NCBI GenBank assembly: GCA_964571235.1
Contig: CAZNAI010000003.1
Span: 656,700 to 720,699 of the forward strand
Origin: an uncultured Ignavibacteriales bacterium
Lineage (GTDB): Bacteria > Zixibacteria > MSB-5A5 > GN15 > FEB-12
DNA length: 64,000 bases
Direction: 5' to 3'
Part shown: positions 1 to 7,647 of the stretch, in pieces
How the letters are laid out: every line of letters starts with the position of its first letter
Numbering within the stretch: the first letter of the stretch is position 1
The notes under the pieces: model-generated
Database searches by the model: none
What the model saw: the letters and a program-made list of their open reading frames with translations, nothing else
What the model was told of the DNA's origin: nothing
Translations under genes and position numbers: made by a program

Positions 1-22
1 CCAGTTGATGAGATGCCACACT

Positions 23-739
23 ATGTTTTCGGTTCTGGCTTTCTTGTACATCTGGTGCGCCGGGGTTCAAGCACAATCGGCAAAGGGAATAGGCCTGAAC
101 GTTGTTGTACCGGTCACGAATCTTGATTGCTCACGGCTACGAATGGTCTATGAAAGCCACTTTCAAAAACCATATCCAGAAGTGGTCGCTCAGAGCACTG
201 CGAGAATAGCGCCAAAAGTAGGGGTGCAGGTAACTGTTGCGACGGGCTGGTTGTACCTTGAATCGGACTGGCTTGAAGGCCGGTACCGATCAGACACCAG
301 TAGCGTACGAATCGAATGGATGAGTTGGGCGCTGGGTGTCAGGCAACGATTCTTAGGTGGCGCTGTCCGGGCGGCACTGGGGCAATCCCGCTTGTCGGTT
401 ACCTATCAGGGTCTCAACCGAAGTCTCTTTGCTGATCATGTCCAGAGCAATTTCATGCTTCGACCGGGTGTGGGGTCACTTCCTGGCGCCGGATTTCGCT
501 ACAATCTTGAGCTGGGCCTTCCTGTCGACCTGATTCTGCATCTGTTCAAAGAAGGGTATATGAGAAACAACGGCGGGCTGGCAGATTTTCAAATCACGCT
601 GGGGATGCGGCTACCACACTCGCACATCTTTTGGGACGCCGGGTACGCTCACTGGCTTGGCGCCAATCCACAACCGGGAGGGCACTGGCTGGAGACATTC
701 CGGTACGGACTGCTCGTGAAAGCTGGGCTGGAGTGGTAG
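23..739 (+). CDS. hypothetical secreted protein, possible small outer-membrane beta-barrel
   Basis: ORF 5..739. The internal ATG at 23 gives a signal-peptide-like N-terminus, MFSVLAFLYIWCAGVQAQS. Gly/aromatic-rich, ends ...KAGLEW. No family recognised. Confidence 0.45.
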   Translation: MFSVLAFLYIWCAGVQAQSAKGIGLNVVVPVTNLDCSRLRMVYESHFQKPYPEVVAQSTARIAPKVGVQVTVATGWLYLESDWLEGRYRSDTSSVRIEWMSWALGVRQRFLGGAVRAALGQSRLSVTYQGLNRSLFADHVQSNFMLRPGVGSLPGAGFRYNLELGLPVDLILHLFKEGYMRNNGGLADFQITLGMRLPHSHIFWDAGYAHWLGANPQPGGHWLETFRYGLLVKAGLEW

Positions 740-785
740 TGCACGCCAAGGACTTGCGCTCGGCGCTCGATGTCCAATTTAGTGG

Positions 786-808
786 GCGGCAGACATCCTG
801 TCTGACCC
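786..808. repeat. degenerate copy of the hairpin that flanks the RAYT gene
   Basis: gcggcagacatcctgtctgacc resembles ggcggacattcctgtctgcc at 15710-15728. The stem is CAGACA/TGTCTG. Confidence 0.5.
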
Positions 809-828
809 GTTTAGGCAGAATACAAAGT

Positions 829-896
829 GGCGTCATGCGTCTCGCGTGACGCGTTTCGTATTGGGCAAAGAGTGTCAGGCGGGGACGCCTGACACC
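829..896. repeat. composite hairpin repeat (module B then module A)
   Basis: Module B is ggcgtcatgcgtctcgcgtgacgcgtttcg. Module A is gtgtcaggcggggacgcctgacac. The same two-module order recurs at 44933-45000. Confidence 0.75.
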
Positions 897-930
897 ACGC
901 TGTAATCAGCTCAATAAAGACCAATTGGGC

Positions 931-959
931 TTGATTGCCCGAAGTTCGTCTGCTATATT
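931..959 (+). promoter_or_regulatory. sigma70-like promoter candidate
   Basis: TTGATT (931-936), 17-nt spacer, TATATT (954-959). It lies upstream of the CDS starting at 1000. Confidence 0.45.
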
Positions 960-999
960 GGATTGATCTATCCATTCGATGTGTCTACGGGAGGAATTC

Positions 1000-1509
1000 A
1001 TGAAGTCAGCTTGGTCATTTTTCAAAGTTCTTTTTGCAATGACTCTGAGTGTGATATTGGCCAGCGACGTAAGTGCGGGCGATGAGTTTTACGAAGAAGG
1101 GAAAGAGCCGGCGAATCAGATCGGCACAGTCGCTCTCACGCTCGGCACACCGGCCGGGATTAATCTGACTTTGGCTGGCGGAACCGGTCCAAAGTGGGGG
1201 CCGTACATTTCAGGGATGTATTGGGACGGCGAAGATCAGGCGGTTCACGGGATTCAGGGGGGCGTTATGAAACTGTTCAAGACGCATCCGAATCATTTTC
1301 AAGGGTGGCTGTTGTCGGGCGGGTATTTTTATATCAAGGATTGTTGGGAGATTCACGAATTCACTTTCGGCGGTATCGGGCATATCTGGAAGTGGAAGGC
1401 GCTTTATACGCAAGTTGACTTTTTGATCGGTTCCGGCGACGACGCCGTGACGCAACTGGGACTTCAGTTGGGGGTGAACCTTACGACAGTGAGAGAGAAG
1501 AAGAAGTAG
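1000..1509 (+). CDS. hypothetical secreted protein
   Basis: ORF 979..1509. The ATG at 1000 is preceded by GGGAGG. Signal peptide MKSAWSFFKVLFAMTLSVILASDVSA. Gly-rich beta-like sequence. Confidence 0.55.
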   Translation: MKSAWSFFKVLFAMTLSVILASDVSAGDEFYEEGKEPANQIGTVALTLGTPAGINLTLAGGTGPKWGPYISGMYWDGEDQAVHGIQGGVMKLFKTHPNHFQGWLLSGGYFYIKDCWEIHEFTFGGIGHIWKWKALYTQVDFLIGSGDDAVTQLGLQLGVNLTTVREKKK

Positions 1510-1580
1510 GGGGGACACCGTAAATGGTAGGTTTCGGGTAATTGTTGATGCTAACAACGGCGAATAGCACCGCAACATCG

Positions 1581-1608
1581 TTGACAGAACTGACCACGAC
1601 ATTATATT
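1581..1608 (+). promoter_or_regulatory. sigma70-like promoter, apparently leaderless
   Basis: TTGACA (1581-1586), 16-nt spacer, TATATT (1603-1608). The ATG of the next CDS is at 1614 with no Shine-Dalgarno sequence. Confidence 0.45.
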
Positions 1609-1613
1609 AGAGT

Positions 1614-2423
1614 ATGAAACGTATTCTGAGGGTAGCGGTTATTGCGGGGCTGTGTTGTCTTTTCGCGTGCAATTCGCCGGATTACTCCACAGGATCTGAT
1701 TTACCAGTCGATAGCCTCCAACGTGCTCAAATTGCGAAGAACTCGATCGAAATGGCGCTCTTCTATTCCGGTGAATATCAAGCACCTGAAAGACTAGTGA
1801 CTCAGATCGAAATCGAATTGTCGAAAATATTCCATCGATACCAGTTGAATGAGACATTTCGACCGCCGTGGTATGACCACGGAGTATATTTGCAATTTGA
1901 CAGTGCGACCGAAGCACAGACGCTGGCAGGGGAGAACATTGAATGGAATCAACTACTCAAAAAGTATAACCTGACGATTAGAACTTATCGTGTCAGCGAC
2001 ACGAGCTTTCGGTGGCCTACGACATTCTCACTTACAGCCAGAGAATTGGTTCACCCGACTCTACTCGCTGAGCGAGTCAAAGGTGAGAACTTGTCGGGAT
2101 TGACAAGTATGTGGTTGCACGGCATGATCTATCCCATACCTGGAAACGTGGCGCGGCTGAGCACTACTGCATCGAGCAAATATTTCTTCATGCGGGTAAC
2201 TTGCCCGGATATCTGGTTCTCTTATCGATATGTAGAGATTAGAGACATGTTTGTGATTGACCACGGATATTTTAATGAATGTGCACCAGACTCTCTCGAA
2301 ATTTGGAAACTTCCGTACGCTGAAGTTCAAAGAATTCTTGACAGTATCGAGGCGAGTCGCCCCGCCTGGGTTGATACCGCTAGAATTGAGTTGAGAAAAC
2401 TCGAAAGGCCCTTGACCTACTAG
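1614..2423 (+). CDS. hypothetical lipoprotein
   Basis: 269-aa ORF with lipobox-like N-terminus MKRILRVAVIAGLCCLFAC. No family recognised. Confidence 0.6.
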   Translation: MKRILRVAVIAGLCCLFACNSPDYSTGSDLPVDSLQRAQIAKNSIEMALFYSGEYQAPERLVTQIEIELSKIFHRYQLNETFRPPWYDHGVYLQFDSATEAQTLAGENIEWNQLLKKYNLTIRTYRVSDTSFRWPTTFSLTARELVHPTLLAERVKGENLSGLTSMWLHGMIYPIPGNVARLSTTASSKYFFMRVTCPDIWFSYRYVEIRDMFVIDHGYFNECAPDSLEIWKLPYAEVQRILDSIEASRPAWVDTARIELRKLERPLTY

Positions 2424-2595
2424 TTTGGGCACCGTTAATCATATCACACTTAGTAGTATGCTTTTCTAGTTTCCGAGCATACCGTCCTGCCACACTGGAG
2501 TTCAAGTTAACTCCCCGATACTTGAACCATCGCGTTGGTCAGCCGCCCCCCCAAAAATTCCTTGACAAAACGACCCATGACCATACTTTTGCCAC

Positions 2596-2636
2596 TTGAC
2601 AGTTTGTGAAAAACGTCACAAATTGTCCGATATAAA
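2596..2636 (+). promoter_or_regulatory. nuo promoter region with a CRP/FNR-type palindrome
   Basis: TTGACA at 2596-2601. Perfect TGTGA-aaaacg-TCACA at 2605-2620. TATAAA at 2631-2636. nuoA starts with GTG at 2658 after GGAG. Confidence 0.45.
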
Positions 2637-2657
2637 TGACGGCAGGATGGAGAAACC

Positions 2658-3011
2658 GTGAGTAACTACTTGGCAGTTCTAATCTTTCTCGGAGTAGGGA
2701 CCGGAATTGTCCTGTTTACCTTCTTCCTCTCCAAGCTCCTGCGCCCCTCCAATCCGTACCCCGAAAAAACGATCAATTACGAGTGCGGCGAACTGCCGGT
2801 TGGGACATCGTGGATTCAGTTCAACCCCCGTTTTTACATATTCGCGCTCATCTTTGTGATCTTCGATGTCGAGGCGATTTTCCTTTTTCCGTGGGCGGTG
2901 GCGTTCGGCCAGCTCGGGCTGTATGCGCTGATTGAGATGATCGTGTTCATTTTGATTTTGTTCTTCGGGTATTTTTATGCGTGGAAGAAGGGGGCGATGA
3001 AGTGGGTGTAG
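2658..3011 (+). CDS. nuoA: NADH-quinone oxidoreductase subunit A
   Basis: 117 aa, 3 TM segments. Contains YECGE...FDVE, typical of NuoA/ND3. First gene of the nuo cluster. Confidence 0.9.
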   Translation: MSNYLAVLIFLGVGTGIVLFTFFLSKLLRPSNPYPEKTINYECGELPVGTSWIQFNPRFYIFALIFVIFDVEAIFLFPWAVAFGQLGLYALIEMIVFILILFFGYFYAWKKGAMKWV

Positions 3012-3018
3012 CCAGCCG

Positions 3019-3087
3019 GAAGATGTCGAAACCTCGCCCGTCGGGCGATCACGCCTTCGTCGTGACAAGGGATTTCGACCTACAGAA
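3019..3087 (-). repeat. GTAG-type REP-like element (family D, long form) inside the nuo operon
   Basis: The minus strand reads GTAGGTCGAAATCCCTTG ... GGTTTCGACATCTTC around two inner hairpins. The same termini occur at 41880-41942. Confidence 0.75.
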
Positions 3088-3102
3088 GCCGGGGAGTCGC
3101 GC

Positions 3103-3609
3103 ATGAAGCCGATACCTGTATACGCCGAACAGATGCCCGGAGGGGGGATTATTGCCACCTCGCTTGAGACGATCCTCTATCAGGGTCAGGCGAAATCGCT
3201 TTGGTATCTGCTTTTCGGCACCGCTTGCTGTGCGATTGAACTGATGGCGACTGGCGCCAGTCGGTACGACTTTGACCGATTAGGGATGATCTTTCGCGCC
3301 TCGCCGCGCCAGGCCGATTTGATTATTGCCGCCGGAACGATCACCAAGAAAATGGCGCCGCGACTGCGCCGTCTGTATGATCAGATGGCCGAGCCACGGT
3401 ATGTGATCGCGATGGGCGGATGCACTATTAAAGGCGGGCCGTTCTATTACGATTCGTACGCGGTCGAAAAAGGGATCGACCATATTGTGCCGGTCGACAT
3501 TTATATCCCCGGTTGTCCGCCACGGCCCGAATCGCTCCTTGAGGGGTGCATACACCTTCAGGAAAAAATCAAGAAACAGAAACTTGCCGAGAAGTGGCCG
3601 AAGAAATGA
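3103..3609 (+). CDS. nuoB: NADH-quinone oxidoreductase subunit B
   Basis: Contains the CCAIE, GGC and PGCPPRPE motifs that ligate cluster N2. Confidence 0.92.
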   Translation: MKPIPVYAEQMPGGGIIATSLETILYQGQAKSLWYLLFGTACCAIELMATGASRYDFDRLGMIFRASPRQADLIIAAGTITKKMAPRLRRLYDQMAEPRYVIAMGGCTIKGGPFYYDSYAVEKGIDHIVPVDIYIPGCPPRPESLLEGCIHLQEKIKKQKLAEKWPKK

Positions 3610-4082
3610 CCCGCGACGACCTCAAGGCATATATAGCCGCAAATTTCGGCGACAAAATGACTCTCTTGGAGAGCGGTAAGTTTGATCCGTTCTATAAGAT
3701 CGAAGCGAATGACTTAGTCACTTTGAGTAAGTCACTTCGTGATGATCCAAGTCTTAAGTTCGACTATCTCTGCAATCTAGGTGGGACCGATACCGGCACG
3801 AACTTTGAAGTTGTTTACTCACTGGCGTCGATTGCGCTGTCGCACCGTATCGATTTCAAGATAATCATGCCGTACGAAAATGCGGCGGTTGACTCGGTTC
3901 AGACGATCTGGCCCGCGGCCAATTGGTATGAACGGGAGATGTGGGAACTGTACGGAATCGACATACGAAATCATGGCAATTTGAAACGATTCTTACTCCC
4001 CGACGACTGGGATCAGGGGCATCCTCTGCGCAAGAATTGGACCGCGCCAGATTTCATCAAACTCCCCGAGGTGCTGACATGA
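3606..4082 (+). CDS. nuoC: NADH-quinone oxidoreductase subunit C
   Basis: The ATG at 3606 overlaps the nuoB stop (ATGA). NuoC-like sequence ...[17 protein letters not shown]... Confidence 0.88.
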   Translation: MTRDDLKAYIAANFGDKMTLLESGKFDPFYKIEANDLVTLSKSLRDDPSLKFDYLCNLGGTDTGTNFEVVYSLASIALSHRIDFKIIMPYENAAVDSVQTIWPAANWYEREMWELYGIDIRNHGNLKRFLLPDDWDQGHPLRKNWTAPDFIKLPEVLT

Positions 4083-5182
4083 GCGCGCTCCGCACCGAAG
4101 AGTTTGTGGTCAATATGGGGCCGCACCATCCGTCGACGCACGGTGTCTGCCGCCTCCTACTGACCATGGATGGCGAGCGGGTTCTGCATATCGAGCCGTA
4201 TATCGGATATCTGCACCGCTCGATTGAAAAGATTTGCGAGAACAGAACGTACGCGCAGTGTATTCCGATTTTGGATCGGTTTGAGTATGTGACCGCGATG
4301 TCGTGCAATCATACTTTTGCGCTGGCGGTTGAAAAGTTAGCAGGTATTCAAGTTCCGGAGCGGGCGGAATATTTGCGGGTGATCATGCTCGAGTTGAACC
4401 GTATCAGTTCGCATCTGCTCTGGTATGGAACGACTGCGCTTGATTTGGGCGCGATCACGCCGTTTCTGTATGGATTCCGCGAGCGGGAACTGATCATGGA
4501 TTTGTTCGAGATGACCTGCGGCCAGCGGTTGACCTACAATTATATACGAGTCGGCGGCGTGTCGAGAGATATCCCCGAGCAGTTTGTGCCGAAATGCCGC
4601 GAGGCGGTCAAGACTATCACTGAAAAGATGGCGGACTACGAAGGTCTGCTCAATGAAAATCCGATCTGGGTAGCACGCAATAAGGGAGTGGGGGTACTCA
4701 GTTCGGAAATGGCGATAGCGTGGGGCGTTTCCGGCCCCGCGCTCCGCGCCTCCGGTGTGAAATACGACATTCGCAAGAATGATCCGTACGGGTACTACCC
4801 GAAATTCGATTTCGATATTCCGACCCGCCAAAATGGCGATTGCTACGACCGATATATTTTGCGGCTCGAAGAAATTAAGCAGTCGCTCAAGATTGTTTCG
4901 CAGGCGCTTGACGGATTACCGGCCGGAGATTTCAAAGCCAAGACACCGGGAGTGTTCAAACCGGCGGCGGGGGAAGTGTATAGCCGGATTGAAAACTCGC
5001 GGGGCGAGCTGGGTGTGTACATTTTGTCTGACGGCACCACCAAACCGGTGCGGGTAAAAACGCGCGGCGGCAGTTATAATCAACTTCAGGTTCTGCCGGA
5101 AATCGGCAAAGGTCTGCTTATCGCTGATATCGTCGCGATTATGGCCTCGATGGACATCATCATGCCGGAGGTTGACCGGTGA
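4079..5182 (+). CDS. nuoD: NADH-quinone oxidoreductase subunit D
   Basis: The ATG at 4079 overlaps the nuoC stop. Begins [23 protein letters not shown] and ends ...DIIMPEVDR. Confidence 0.93.
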   Translation: MSALRTEEFVVNMGPHHPSTHGVCRLLLTMDGERVLHIEPYIGYLHRSIEKICENRTYAQCIPILDRFEYVTAMSCNHTFALAVEKLAGIQVPERAEYLRVIMLELNRISSHLLWYGTTALDLGAITPFLYGFRERELIMDLFEMTCGQRLTYNYIRVGGVSRDIPEQFVPKCREAVKTITEKMADYEGLLNENPIWVARNKGVGVLSSEMAIAWGVSGPALRASGVKYDIRKNDPYGYYPKFDFDIPTRQNGDCYDRYILRLEEIKQSLKIVSQALDGLPAGDFKAKTPGVFKPAAGEVYSRIENSRGELGVYILSDGTTKPVRVKTRGGSYNQLQVLPEIGKGLLIADIVAIMASMDIIMPEVDR

Positions 5183-6243
5183 TTCTTCCACTGTCATTTG
5201 AACTGAGCGCCGTTTTTGATTGGCTCGGCGAGCTACTGGCGTCGCTGGGACTCCCACCGATCTGGCAGACAATCGTTTCGTATGTCCTGCTCGGCGCAAT
5301 GATGTTCGGGGTGCTGGCGCTACTTGCGCTCTTTTTGGTTTGGTGGGAGAGAAAAATCTCGGCACATATTCAGCAGAGATTCGGGCCGATGCGCCACGGC
5401 TGGCACGGTTGGTATCAGACGATTATGGATGCGATCAAGTTGTTGCAGAAAGAAGATATTCTCGTTGTCACGCGCGACCGGGTGGTCTTTTTCTGGGCGC
5501 CGGTGCTCTGCTTTGTGGCGGCGTTTTTGGCCTATGTCGCGATGCCGTTCGGGAACGGACTGATTGTCGCGGATTTGAATGTCGGCATACTGTACATAAT
5601 CGCGGTGACAACGTTTACCATTATCTCACTACTCATGGCCGGGTGGGGATCGAATAATAAGTATGCGTTACTCGGCGGGATTCGTTCGGCGGCACAGGTG
5701 GTATCGTACGAAGTTCCAATGGTGGCTTCTATCCTGACCGCTGTGCTTTTTGCCGGGTCGCTTTCGATGGTGGAGATTATCAAGTCGCAGGAAGGGCACG
5801 GGATTTTCAACTGGCTGATATTCAGGCCGCCGTTTGGGATGATCGCCTTTGTGACGTATATCATTGCGGCGACAGCGGAGGCCAACCGGACGCCGTTTGA
5901 TATTCCCGAAGCCGAGCAGGAATTGGTTGCCGGATACAATGTCGAATATTCCGGGATGAAGTTCGCGATGTTTTTCCTGGCTGAATTTGTCAATATGTTC
6001 ACGGTGTCCGCGATTGCGACCACGCTCTTTTTGGGCGGCGGAAACGGACCGCTTCTGCCGTCGTGGATTTGGTTCATGGGCAAGACACTGGTAGTGATTT
6101 TTCTTCTAATGGTGATTCGCTGGACGATGCCGCGATTGCGGGTTGACCAATTGATGGAGTTCGCCTGGAAGTTCTTAGTGCCGGTCACCTTTGCGAATCT
6201 GATGATTGCCGGCATATTCAAATTTGCGGGATGGTACTGGTAA
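5179..6243 (+). CDS. nuoH: NADH-quinone oxidoreductase subunit H
   Basis: 354 aa, polytopic. ND1-like sequence WERKISAHIQQRFGP. It directly follows nuoD, so nuoE/F/G are not between them. Confidence 0.93.
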   Translation: MILPLSFELSAVFDWLGELLASLGLPPIWQTIVSYVLLGAMMFGVLALLALFLVWWERKISAHIQQRFGPMRHGWHGWYQTIMDAIKLLQKEDILVVTRDRVVFFWAPVLCFVAAFLAYVAMPFGNGLIVADLNVGILYIIAVTTFTIISLLMAGWGSNNKYALLGGIRSAAQVVSYEVPMVASILTAVLFAGSLSMVEIIKSQEGHGIFNWLIFRPPFGMIAFVTYIIAATAEANRTPFDIPEAEQELVAGYNVEYSGMKFAMFFLAEFVNMFTVSAIATTLFLGGGNGPLLPSWIWFMGKTLVVIFLLMVIRWTMPRLRVDQLMEFAWKFLVPVTFANLMIAGIFKFAGWYW

Positions 6244-6247
6244 GCCG

Positions 6248-6832
6248 ATGGGAATGTTTACAGACATCAAAAATCTCCTGATCGGGATGAAGATCACCAG
6301 TAAGCATCTGGGGAAACGTGCGATCACGCTCCAGTACCCCGAGCAGAAGATGCCGATGACCGAGCGTTCGCGCGGAATAGTGGTCCTTCTTTCAGATAAA
6401 GAGACGGGTGAGCTCAATTGCACAGGGTGTATGCTCTGCGCCAAAGCTTGTCCGACCGGGGCGATATTTGTCGATGCGCCGCGCGATGAGAACAAGAAAC
6501 GACATCTTAAGAGCTTTGTTGTCGATCACGGGCTGTGTTGTTTCTGTGGACTGTGCGAGGAGGCCTGCAATTTCTGTGCGATCAAGATGACGCCCAAATA
6601 CGAATTTTCCGATCTGACCAAAGAGGGATTGGTCTGGGATATGGGCAAGTTGCAGGAGATGGGGCGCGACGCGGCATATGTCGATACGCGCAAGAAGAAA
6701 GTCGCGCCGGCCGCAAAACCAGCCGCTCCGGCGGCGGAAGTTGCCACTGCGCCTGCACCACCGTCACCTGATCCGACACCTGCGACAGAGCCGAAACCAG
6801 CTGTTAGCGATAGCGGAGCGGAGGGAGCATGA
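6248..6832 (+). CDS. nuoI: NADH-quinone oxidoreductase subunit I with Ala/Pro-rich C-terminal tail
   Basis: Two 4Fe-4S motifs, CTGCMLCAKACP and CCFCGLCEEACN. About 50 aa of low-complexity A/P tail. Confidence 0.9.
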   Translation: MGMFTDIKNLLIGMKITSKHLGKRAITLQYPEQKMPMTERSRGIVVLLSDKETGELNCTGCMLCAKACPTGAIFVDAPRDENKKRHLKSFVVDHGLCCFCGLCEEACNFCAIKMTPKYEFSDLTKEGLVWDMGKLQEMGRDAAYVDTRKKKVAPAAKPAAPAAEVATAPAPPSPDPTPATEPKPAVSDSGAEGA

Positions 6833-7341
6833 TAGAATCTATCAGCGGCAGTGATGTGGTGTTCACTATTTTGGCGGTGGTGATCGTTATCGCAGGGCTG
6901 ATGGTGGTTAGTCTGCGAAATATATTCCATTGCGCGCTGGCACTGATCGTTTGCTTGTCGGCGGTAGCGGGAATCTTCATCCTGCTGGACGCCGAGTTTT
7001 TGGCCGCGGCGCAGATTCTGATTTATGTAGGAGCGGTTTCGATCCTGATGATTTTTGCGATCATGCTAACCTCGCGCCTCGGAACGCAAAAGATTGCTCA
7101 AACGAATGAGAATGTTGCCGTGGCGGTGGTAGCGGCGCTGTTTTTCTTCGGGTTCGCCTGGTTTACCATCGATGCCACCGATGTCTGGAATTTGACCGAT
7201 AAGCCCTTGCCGGCGAACAACACATTTGAAATTGGCCGGCTACTTATGAGTGATTTCATGGTGCCGTTTGAAGTGGTCTCGGTGCTTCTGGTTGCCGCAT
7301 TGATCGGCGCGATTATGCTGGCTCGCGAGGAGAGAAGCTGA
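6829..7341 (+). CDS. nuoJ: NADH-quinone oxidoreductase subunit J
   Basis: 170-aa membrane protein in the ND6 position of the operon. Confidence 0.88.
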   Translation: MIESISGSDVVFTILAVVIVIAGLMVVSLRNIFHCALALIVCLSAVAGIFILLDAEFLAAAQILIYVGAVSILMIFAIMLTSRLGTQKIAQTNENVAVAVVAALFFFGFAWFTIDATDVWNLTDKPLPANNTFEIGRLLMSDFMVPFEVVSVLLVAALIGAIMLAREERS

Positions 7342-7640
7342 TGACCCAGTATCTCATCCTTGCGGCGGCGCTCTTTTCAATCGGCCTGTTTGGGGTGATT
7401 ACCCGACGGAACACGATCGGCATCCTGATGTCGCTTGAACTGATGTTCAATGCCGCCAATATCAATCTCGTGGCGTTCAGCAAATTTATCAATGGCGCTG
7501 TGCTGTCGGGGCAGATATTTGCAATTTTCATCGTCGTGGTAGCGGCGGCTGAGGCGACTATCGGATTGGCGATCGTGCTACTTGTCTATCGCAACTGGCG
7601 CGGAATCGACACCGACAACTACAATGTGATGAAGTGGTAG
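7341..7640 (+). CDS. nuoK: NADH-quinone oxidoreductase subunit K
   Basis: 99 aa, 3 TM segments. ND4L-like sequence LMSLELMFNAANINLVAF. Confidence 0.92.
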   Translation: MTQYLILAAALFSIGLFGVITRRNTIGILMSLELMFNAANINLVAFSKFINGAVLSGQIFAIFIVVVAAAEATIGLAIVLLVYRNWRGIDTDNYNVMKW

Positions 7641-7647
7641 CGCGACT

